This document shows, in pieces, positions 20,134 to 27,190 of a DNA stretch of 31,195 nt. Below the pieces are notes generated by a model, which saw nothing but the letters and a program-made list of their open reading frames with translations, made no database searches and was not told the DNA's origin. The position numbers and the translations under genes were made by a program. Location of the stretch: IMG/VR virus record IMGVR_UViG_3300029728_000034; one strand, 5' to 3'. Source of the DNA: a virus. The first letter of the stretch is position 1. Every line of letters begins with the position of its first letter.

Positions 20134-20585
20134 TGAAGTATTTTACTATTAGTGAATTAACAAGATCTGATACAGCTTCTATTAAGAAGATAGATAATAC
20201 TCCAAATAAAGAGATTACTGAACACCTTATAGAGTTAGTCGAGAAACTTTTAGACCCATTAAGAAGTGCTTGGGCAGAGTATTGTGATGACAATCAGCTT
20301 GGCAATGCAGGCATCAGGATTTCCTCTGGTTTTAGGAATAAGGAGCTTAATAAAGCAGTGGGAGGATCTTCAACTTCTGCTCATTTAACAGGGTATGCAG
20401 CAGATATATCTCCAATTAATGGTAATATGAAAGTATTCCAAAGTTGGATTGCTGAAGCTATTGAAGAATTTGATTTCGACCAGTTGATATATGAAAGGCC
20501 TAGGAATGGTATAGCTAGTTGAATACACTTGGGATTAAAGAATAAAGACGGGATGCAAAGACGACAGAAATTTACTATTATATAA
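20133..20585 (+). CDS. Endolysin, peptidase M15 (VanY / L-Ala-D-Glu peptidase-like), 150 aa
   Basis: It carries SSGFRNKELNKAVGGSSTSAHLTGYAADI (the H-x6-D zinc motif) and, downstream, W-IHLG. TGA 20520 is read as Trp. Stop is TAA 20583..20585. Confidence 0.75.
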
Positions 20586-21154
20586 TGTTTTACTATTGTT
20601 ATAAAATAATTTTAACTGCAGGTACATTAAGAGGCAAGTATTATATTGGGAAAAGGATTTATAGAGGTAAAGACATAAATAAAGATCCATATAAAGGATC
20701 AGGAAGGATTATTACTAATTATTACAAAAGATTCCCTAATGCATACCAAAAGATTATTTTGGCAACTTGCACTAATGCAGATGAATTATCTAAATTAGAA
20801 TACAAACTAATTGGAGATAAATGGGACACTGATCCTATGTGTTTAAATTTGAAACCTGGAGGAGAAGGAGGCAATTACGGAGTCAAATTTAATTCTGAAT
20901 GAAAGAAGAAACTGTCTAATTCTAATAAGGGAAAGAAACATAATTGCCCAGAATCTTGAAGAGTTAAAGTAGATGCTCATAACAAACAAAGATGTCGTAA
21001 AGTAGCTCAGTATGATTTAGATGGTAATTTTATTCAAGAGTATGAAAGTTGCACAGAAGCAGCCAAATCTGTAGGAACTGATAGAGGAGCTATTAGTAGA
21101 GTATGTGGTGGATTAGCAAATACAGCTAAAGGATTCAAGTGAAGATATGTTTAA
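20585..21154 (+). CDS. GIY-YIG homing endonuclease 2, 189 aa
   Basis: YCYKIIL...GKYYIGK at the N-terminus, a NUMOD3-like segment (KKLSNSNKGKKH), and the C-terminus VAQYDLDGNFIQEYESCTEAAKSVG...AKGFK-W-RYV. TGAs are at 20900, 20957 and 21140. Confidence 0.7.
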
Positions 21155-21162
21155 TAAAAAAG

Positions 21163-21189
21163 AAAAGGAGGGCAAATAACCCTCCTTTT
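21163..21189. terminator. Bidirectional intrinsic terminator at the convergence of plus and minus transcription
   Basis: aaaaggaggg caaataa ccctcctttt forms a 10-bp stem with an A-tract upstream and a T-tract downstream. It sits between the stop codons of convergent genes (21154 and 21193). Confidence 0.8.
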
Positions 21190-21192
21190 TGT

Positions 21193-21333
21193 TTATTCCA
21201 TTATCTCAAATAATTTCTCATCTTTAGGTATTAAATCTCCTGTTTGTAAGTCTACTAAAAACTTACTATTTTCTGGTATTACATATACATAATACACTCC
21301 ATTTATACATACTTTATAGGTTTGGTATTTCAT
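21193..21333 (-). CDS. Hypothetical small protein, 46 aa
   Basis: MKYQTYKVCINGVYYVYVIPENSKFLVDLQTGDLIPKDEKLFEIME. It is tightly packed with its neighbours. Confidence 0.4.
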   Translation of the reverse strand: MKYQTYKVCINGVYYVYVIPENSKFLVDLQTGDLIPKDEKLFEIME

Positions 21334-21334
21334 A

Positions 21335-21475
21335 TTAATCAGTATATGTTGCATTAGTAATTTCTGGTTTTGGCATTTCTTCTACTTCTTCCCAAACTAA
21401 ACCTCTATTCTGGTTTTCTAGTTGAACTATTCTGTATTCTAGTTCTTCAAGCTTTTTAAATAAATGATCATCCAT
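21335..21475 (-). CDS. Hypothetical small coiled-coil protein, 46 aa
   Basis: MDDHLFKKLEELEYRIVQLENQNRGLVWEEVEEMPKPEITNATYTD. Confidence 0.4.
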   Translation of the reverse strand: MDDHLFKKLEELEYRIVQLENQNRGLVWEEVEEMPKPEITNATYTD

Positions 21476-21477
21476 AA

Positions 21478-21639
21478 TTAATCAAATTTAGAAATAAACA
21501 TATAATCTTTATTTTTTAATACTTTGTCTATAATATCACCAAATCTTTTAGTAGCCTCTTTACATTCGAGCATTCATTTATCCAATTCTTTAATATACTC
21601 TTCTGTTTGTTTAATTGTTTCTTTAATATCACTTTCCAT
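21478..21639 (-). CDS. Hypothetical small protein, 53 aa
   Basis: MESDIKETIKQTEEYIKELDK-W-MLECKEATKRFGDIIDKVLKNKDYMFISKFD, with one sense TGA (plus-strand 21574..21576). Confidence 0.4.
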
Positions 21640-21657
21640 ATCACAAATATAATATTT

Positions 21658-23379
21658 TTATTTATTAAATACAAATTTTTTATTAATAATTACATAACCT
21701 TCAGTTTGTTTACCATTTACTCTTTTCTGGCATTTTTTAACTTCATAATATTTATCAATTTCTGTTGCTTTTGGAGTAATAGTAATATCACTAATTTCAT
21801 AAGCTTCTTTAACAAACTTTTTAATATCAGCGTTAGAATACCACATTCCAAGAGTAATTGATTGATTTAACTTCTTAGCTGCTTTATTATCTGCACTTTT
21901 ATTTGATTTCTTTAATAGAGCATCTTTAATATCCGAAATGCAATATTTCAAGCTTGCCATCTTTTCGAATCCTAATTTACTAATAGCTTCTGGTAACCAA
22001 GGATATTTAATAATAGCATCATTTAAGAGTGGAGTATTCAGTTTAAATTTATTTTCCCATTCTGTTCTAACTTCTTTAATTAGTTCTTTAAATGGTTTAT
22101 TATCAGATTCAAAATCAATCTTAATAGAGTTGTCTTCACATTCTATTACTTTTTTAAATCCATTCTTTATATATTCTTTATTAAGATTCGTTCTAATAGA
22201 ATATAAACCTCTTGTCACTTTAAAGTTAAAAATATCTACCTTAGCCATATTTGGATCAAATGTAAATGTAAAATCATCATTTACTTGGATATAAGTATCA
22301 GATGTAAATTCTTTAAGTTTCTTTCTTGCAACTTCAGGCATTGCATTGTAAGCATCTACAGCAATCTTAGTTTCCTCAATATTCTGGATATTCTTCTTTT
22401 TAAAGTCTTCATAACTAATATCTGCATATCTTGTTGCTGAGTAAAGATGAGTTATCCAGTTTAAATATTTACTATTTCTAATTCTGCCAGCAATCTGTTG
22501 GATTGAAGTTGAGATGTCAAGAAGAGTTTGTGCTTTTTGAGCATCACTTACTACTACAATTCTTCCATTTTCATCATAAATATCAGAACCTTCAAATACT
22601 GTAGAAGTTAATAAATTTATTTTCTTAGGTTCATCTAATACTGTAGAATTATGAATTGATAATTTGGTTTTATTGTTTTTGGAATATATAACTCTGGTAT
22701 TCTCTTCTGTAAGTTTAGCTTTCTGAATAAGATTCTTTATAAAGTCTACAGAATTTACAAATATATAAACATTACCTTCGACTTGATTATTAAGAACAGC
22801 ATTAATTAATTTAATAGTTGAAGCTTCAACATTCTTACATTTAACGGCTTGTACCTTGGTTTCAATAACATCATCCCATTCTTGCTTTACTAATTCTAAA
22901 TCTTTTAATTCATCTAATACAAACTCTTCTTCAAGAGGAGTAGCAGTCATAAATGTAAAATCTTTAAATAATTCATAGTTCTCTAAAACAGGTTTAATAG
23001 CATCCTTTCTAAAGCTATACTGATTAAATAGTATATGATATTCATCTACTAATAAACTATATTCTTTAGTATTAACTGCAGAAATAACTTTTGGAAGTGA
23101 GTTATATGTAACAATAATTTTAGGACATTTAACACTCTCTACGTAATCTTTAATCTCTTTAATAGTAGCTCCAGCATAAACTCCAAATATCTTCTCAGTA
23201 CGTCTTTCATTTGGATATTGTTGAAGTTTATTTTCAACTAAGCTAGTAAATGGAACACAAATAACATAAGGCTTATTACATTCAATTGCCATTGAAGTTC
23301 CTCCACATCCAACTTTTCCTTTATCAAATAAACAGTTAGTTGGCAACTCATTAATCAAATTGTTTAAATATGTTTTCAT
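21658..23379 (-). CDS. Superfamily-2 (DEAD/DEAH-like) helicase, 573 aa; probable replication protein
   Basis: Motifs read in order: GKVGCGGTS (an atypical Walker A), LLVDEYH (DExH), MTATP, QQIAGRIRN (QxxGRxxR). It has 5 TGG codons and no TGA. Confidence 0.7.
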   Translation of the reverse strand: MKTYLNNLINELPTNCLFDKGKVGCGGTSMAIECNKPYVICVPFTSLVENKLQQYPNERRTEKIFGVYAGATIKEIKDYVESVKCPKIIVTYNSLPKVISAVNTKEYSLLVDEYHILFNQYSFRKDAIKPVLENYELFKDFTFMTATPLEEEFVLDELKDLELVKQEWDDVIETKVQAVKCKNVEASTIKLINAVLNNQVEGNVYIFVNSVDFIKNLIQKAKLTEENTRVIYSKNNKTKLSIHNSTVLDEPKKINLLTSTVFEGSDIYDENGRIVVVSDAQKAQTLLDISTSIQQIAGRIRNSKYLNWITHLYSATRYADISYEDFKKKNIQNIEETKIAVDAYNAMPEVARKKLKEFTSDTYIQVNDDFTFTFDPNMAKVDIFNFKVTRGLYSIRTNLNKEYIKNGFKKVIECEDNSIKIDFESDNKPFKELIKEVRTEWENKFKLNTPLLNDAIIKYPWLPEAISKLGFEKMASLKYCISDIKDALLKKSNKSADNKAAKKLNQSITLGMWYSNADIKKFVKEAYEISDITITPKATEIDKYYEVKKCQKRVNGKQTEGYVIINKKFVFNK

Positions 23380-23409
23380 AATTTTAATAATTTAAATAGT
23401 TAAAGTTTT

Positions 23410-23459
23410 TGTCAATATTTTTATTTTCTTACTACTAAATTTGAGTAAAAAACTTGACA
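23410..23459 (+). promoter_or_regulatory. Conserved intergenic element, copy 3 (plus orientation inside the minus-strand gene block)
   Basis: tgtcaatatttttattttcttactactaaatttgagtaaaaaacttgaca. The core at 23442..23459 is identical to the other copies. It contains TAAATTTG, a perfect TAnnTTTG box. Confidence 0.6.
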
Positions 23460-23475
23460 GTAAGATTCAAAAAGT

Positions 23476-23494
23476 GGCAGGATTTTCACCTGCC
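23476..23494 (-). terminator. Intrinsic terminator for the upstream minus-strand genes
   Basis: The minus strand reads ggcagg tgaaaat cctgcc followed by acttttt. It sits between the stop at 23509 and the helicase start at 23379. Confidence 0.55.
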
Positions 23495-23508
23495 TAGAAG
23501 TAATAGAA

Positions 23509-23664
23509 TTACTTATTTTTACTAAAATAAGCTGCAATTGTAGGAGAGTTAGCTAATAAGTTAGCAAATTGTTCATCAGAACAAGGAATTGAATTCTCCA
23601 TAGTGCTCTTAATTGTATTATCTTCAATAATAATTGTTCCATTGTTTTTAATCGAATTTTTCAT
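23509..23664 (-). CDS. Hypothetical small protein, 51 aa
   Basis: MKNSIKNNGTIIIEDNTIKSTMENSIPCSDEQFANLLANSPTIAAYFSKNK, with a promoter-like motif 41 nt upstream. Confidence 0.4.
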   Translation of the reverse strand: MKNSIKNNGTIIIEDNTIKSTMENSIPCSDEQFANLLANSPTIAAYFSKNK

Positions 23665-23705
23665 AGTCTTTAAAATTTTAATTATAATAATCTATTTTGA
23701 TAGTA

Positions 23706-23737
23706 CATATATACAACATTTTTATTTAAAATCCAAA
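23706..23737 (-). promoter_or_regulatory. Bacteroidota-type promoter (TTTG-N20-TATATATG) reading leftward
   Basis: The minus strand reads tatTTGGattttaaataaaaatgttgTATATATGtactat. The -7 region block matches 21 of 23 nt with the plus-strand promoter at 24316..24347. Confidence 0.5.
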
Positions 23738-23754
23738 TAATTTAGCAATTATTT

Positions 23755-24243
23755 TTAATAAATTTTTGGTCAAAATTCTAACTCACTAAAACTTAGTAGT
23801 TTATCTGATTCATATAAATCTAATGCTGATGGTTCCATATAGTAAATTTCAAAACATCTATCAAAAGAGCCTAAGTACTGTCTCTTTCCCTTAGATACAT
23901 TATATTTGTTTTCTAAAGTTTGAACTACTATATTTCCGCCTTTATTTTGATTATATCCATTATTTAGGGAATTATATTTAGATATATAATATATTTCAAG
24001 ATTATTTAACTTTACTATTAAATCTTCTAAATTATCATCTAATTCCTCTAATATTTCTCATTTAAACTTATCTATTCCGTATTTTCTAAAAGCGTTATAT
24101 AATGGATAATTATAAGCTTTATTACTTGGATCTGTACTTACAAACTTGTGTTTATTCCATCTTTTGTTAATATTAGTTCTAGTTTGACCAATATAACACT
24201 TATTATTTATTGTATTAGTTATTTTATAAATATACCCTTTCAT
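23755..24243 (-). CDS. GIY-YIG homing endonuclease 3, 162 aa
   Basis: MKGYIYKITNTINNKCYIGQT is a canonical GIY...YIG motif. I checked the reading codon by codon through TGA at 24058..24060 and 23770..23772 to TAA (plus-strand 23755..23757). Confidence 0.8.
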
Positions 24244-24263
24244 AGTTTATTATTTTCATATTG

Positions 24264-24295
24264 CAAATATATGAATAATTTTTTAATTATGCAAG
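24264..24295 (-). promoter_or_regulatory. Bacteroidota-type promoter (CTTG-N20-TATATTTG) for GIY-YIG 3
   Basis: The minus strand reads cTTGcataattaaaaaattattcaTATATTTGcaat, with 20 nt between the -7 box and the ATG. Confidence 0.45.
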
Positions 24296-24315
24296 AAAAA
24301 TAAATGAAAAAAATA

Positions 24316-24347
24316 TTTGGAAATATGAATTTTTTGTTGTATATTTG
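24316..24347 (+). promoter_or_regulatory. Bacteroidota-type promoter (TTTG-N20-TATATTTG) for the rightward early genes
   Basis: It matches the known Bacteroides primary-sigma consensus TTTG / TAnnTTTG exactly, with a 20-nt spacer, 46 nt upstream of ATG 24394. Confidence 0.6.
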
Positions 24348-24393
24348 TACTATGAAAGTAAGACATAATATTAACAATTAAACTTTATAAATT

Positions 24394-24633
24394 ATGAAAA
24401 CTATATTTAAATATGCAATTATTGCAACGATTATTTTAATGGGAATAGCTGGTATTAGAGTATATAATGCTTATGGAGACTACCAAACTAAAACATTTGA
24501 GCTTAGATTAGAACAGGCAGAACTTCAGCATAAATTAGACTCTGTAATGTGGCATAATCCTGGAAGTTCAGAAGTATCTGAATTATATGAACAGTATTGT
24601 GATGTAACCTTAAAAATTCATAATGTAAGATAA
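24394..24633 (+). CDS. Small membrane protein, 79 aa
   Basis: It has an N-terminal TM helix (FKYAIIATIILMGIAGI) and is the first gene downstream of the rightward promoter. Confidence 0.55.
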   Translation: MKTIFKYAIIATIILMGIAGIRVYNAYGDYQTKTFELRLEQAELQHKLDSVMWHNPGSSEVSELYEQYCDVTLKIHNVR

Positions 24634-25070
24634 TGAAAACAGATATAAGAAGTTTAGTCTTTATAAAGAATCTATTTAAAGATAAATATAATATAGATAT
24701 AGAATGATGTAAAGACGATTATTCCAGGTATGATGGAACATTTAATTGGAATGGAATTGATTATATAATTGAAGTTAAAAGAAGAAGATTCAATTCTAAT
24801 AAATATCCAACCACTATTATTAATAGGGATAAATTTGATATGCTATCAAGAAATAATTCTATATTAGTAATAATATTTGATGATGGAGTATATATATTTA
24901 AAGATATAAAACAAGCCTTTATAAAGGATTCTATGAAATATGGTTGTTCTACAACAGATTTTGGAGGAACTTATGGCTATTCATTAAAAACAGAGTTGTC
25001 TTTAAAGAAAGCCATTAAGATAGATGTAAATACAGAATTTAGTAATTATATAGCAAATGATAGCCTATAA
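24633..25070 (+). CDS. Possible PD-(D/E)XK-fold nuclease, 145 aa
   Basis: ATG 24633 overlaps the upstream TAA. It has one sense TGA (24705). YDGTFNWNGIDYIIEVKRR fits the D...(D/E)xK pattern, but only weakly. Confidence 0.4.
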
Positions 25071-25551
25071 AAGAATACTTAATTTTGAAAACTACCAAAT
25101 TGGAACTGATGGCTCAATATGAAGTTTAAGAGCATCAGTTCCAAAGAGGTTAAAACCTCAAGTAAAAACTAATGGGTACTTTACAGTAACATTATATAAT
25201 AAAAATTTGAAAAAGAAGTGTTATATACATAGATTAGTAGCTGAAACTTTTATATCTAATCCGAATAACTATCCTTGTATAAATCATAAGGATGAAAATA
25301 AATCAAATAATAATGTAAGTAATTTAGAATGGTGTACTTATAATTATAATAATAATTATGGAACTCATAATCTGCGAGCTGGATATAGTCATAAGAAACC
25401 AATACTGCAATTACTAAATGGAATAGTTATTAAAAGATGGGATTCAGCAATAGATGCTGAGAGAGAACTAAATATACAATCTAGAAATATTGTAAAGGTT
25501 CTTAAAGGGCAGCGAAAAACAGCAGGAGGATATATGTGAACATATGAGTAA
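25057..25551 (+). CDS. HNH homing endonuclease (NUMOD4-like N-terminus, HNH core, C-terminal DNA-binding domain), 164 aa
   Basis: MIAYKRILNFENYQIGTDGSI-W-SL...NGYFTVTLYNK..KKCYIHRLVAETFISNPNNYPCINHKDENKSNNNVSNLEW...TAGGYM-W-TYE. TGAs are at 25120 and 25537. Confidence 0.85.
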
Positions 25552-25852
25552 TAACGAAATTGTAGAAAAGTACTATCCATTTATTATGGAACTTAAGCAA
25601 AAATTTGGTGCAGATGATGACTGTGTTCAAATGATTTTTGTAGAAATACTAGAGTATTCAAATCCAAAATTAAATCAGCTTGATAGCAAAAATGAATTGA
25701 AATTTTGGATTACAAGATTATTTAAGAATTATTGGTTTAGTAAAACAAGTAGATATTACTATACCTATAAGAAATATTATGAGATTGTTAAAGAACCACT
25801 TGAACAACAAAATGACGAATTGGAGGATTGATTAAATGAAACGGAAGATTAA
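25544..25852 (+). CDS. Sigma-70 family (ECF-like) region-2-only protein, 102 aa
   Basis: ADDDCVQMIFVEILEY...LKFWITRLFKNYWFSKTSR follows the ECF region-2 pattern (AeDlvQevF...WL.rIa.N...d..R). It has one TGA (25829) and stops at TAA 25850..25852. Confidence 0.5.
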
Positions 25853-26081
25853 TATTGACGATTTACTTACTGAGTATGAAATAGACTATAGTATGTTTAC
25901 AAATATGGATGATAGACTATTAAATATATATCCAAAATGACTTGAGCTTAATAAGGCAGATAAGACAGTAATCATATTATATGCTGAATATCACAGTTAT
26001 AGAGAAGTGGGAAGAATATTAGGAATTAGTCATACTACAATTCAAAGATTTATTAAACAAATAAGAGAGAGATTATGTTAG
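25836..26081 (+). CDS. Sigma-70 region-4-like HTH protein, 81 aa
   Basis: ADKTVIILYAEYHSYREVGRILGISHTTIQRFIKQIRERL matches the region-4 HTH pattern. It is a separate ORF in a different frame from the region-2 ORF, with a 17-nt overlap. It has one TGA (25938) and a TAG stop. Confidence 0.55.
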
Positions 26082-26404
26082 AATTATTTATAATAGCAGT
26101 AATAATAGTCTTTATAATTGATTTATCTGGGGCTTTGGATAGTTTTAAACATAGTATTTGAAAAAGACTATTTAAAGGTATGCCTTATAAAGAAGATTGA
26201 AGACTAAAACCTTTAGATTGCAGTTTATGTATGACTTGGTGAATTGGATTAATATATATTCTTATTACAAGTCAATTTTCAATTTTAATGGTTGGATATA
26301 TTGCACTATTAGCATTTATGACTCCAATTATTAAAGATATTATGATATTATTAAAAGATGCATCTACTAAGCTGATAGATGTTATATACAAACTTATTGA
26401 TTAA
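26075..26404 (+). CDS. Small integral membrane protein with a CxxC motif, 109 aa
   Basis: I translated it by hand. It has 3 sense TGAs, a PLDCSLCMTW-W motif and hydrophobic segments at both ends. Confidence 0.5.
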
Positions 26405-26493
26405 AAATTATATTTTATGGAAACAGAAGTTATTTATCACTACAAGAATGGAAAGTTAATTTCTATATTTACTTATACTAAAAAGTGCTAATT

Positions 26494-26829
26494 ATGAAAC
26501 AATTAACAGAAGAGCAGTTTAAATATTTAAGAGGATTTGAAGATAGATTTGTAACTGCAACTAAGTCTAATTATTGCAGAAATGTACAAAAGCAGGATGT
26601 AATTAAGCTTAAAGAGATTTATGAATATTTAATTGAACAAGAATATAGAATGAGCGTAGCTTGTGCTACTTGTATACTTAATCTTATAAAGAGGATTGCC
26701 CCAATCTATTTTGAATATCAAGAAAAACTAAAGGAAAATGAAAGTAAAGAATCAGGAACTGCCGAAGAAAATAGGGAGACCGAAAAAGGAAGAAGTAAAA
26801 GAGGATCAAATAGACGAACAAAAAACTAA
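26494..26829 (+). CDS. Hypothetical protein, 111 aa
   Basis: I preferred ATG 26494 over the track's GTG 26485. The C-terminal 30 aa are low-complexity and overlap the terS start. Confidence 0.45.
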   Translation: MKQLTEEQFKYLRGFEDRFVTATKSNYCRNVQKQDVIKLKEIYEYLIEQEYRMSVACATCILNLIKRIAPIYFEYQEKLKENESKESGTAEENRETEKGRSKRGSNRRTKN

Positions 26830-27190
26830 ATATCTTTATGCAGCAAGATTATTTAATAAAGGGTGGTCCAGAAATAAAGTAAGTGAGGAACTTCAAACTA
26901 AATATGGAGTTGGGCAAACTACTGCTGCTAAATATATTAGAGAAGCTTATAAGATTATTGCAGATAAAAACGATAATCTTATAAAGAATTTAAGACATAT
27001 ACAATTAACAAGATTGGAAACATTGTTGGATATTGCTATTAGTAAAAATGATGTAAGATCTGCTACTGAGGTTATTAAAACAATAAATTCTATGTTTGGA
27101 TTAAATCAACCAGAAATTCAAGTTAATATTCAAAATAATGAATGCCAATTTAAATTTGGAGACCCTATTATAAATGACAAGGATATATAA
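26738..27190 (+). CDS. terS: Terminase small subunit candidate, 150 aa
   Basis: It has a basic N-terminus (GRPKKEE), an HTH-like segment (WSRNKVSEELQTKYGVGQTTAAKYIREAY) and a helical C-terminus. It lies directly upstream of terL and overlaps it. Confidence 0.55.
   Translation: MKVKNQELPKKIGRPKKEEVKEDQIDEQKTKYLYAARLFNKGWSRNKVSEELQTKYGVGQTTAAKYIREAYKIIADKNDNLIKNLRHIQLTRLETLLDIAISKNDVRSATEVIKTINSMFGLNQPEIQVNIQNNECQFKFGDPIINDKDI

Noticed and set aside
20133-20585. A Mollicutes (Mycoplasma/Spiroplasma) host as the simple explanation for code 4.
   Set aside because: The phage encodes a peptidoglycan peptidase endolysin with a holin, which is pointless against a wall-less host. The promoters match the Bacteroidota TTTG/TAnnTTTG consensus, and BACON-like domains are present. 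I consider this unlikely but not excluded.
25829-25852. A programmed frameshift fusing the sigma region-2 and region-4 ORFs into one protein.
   Set aside because: The region-4 frame has a TAA immediately upstream of its ATG (25833..25835). That leaves only a 17-nt window with no slippery sequence, so two separate polypeptides is the simpler reading.
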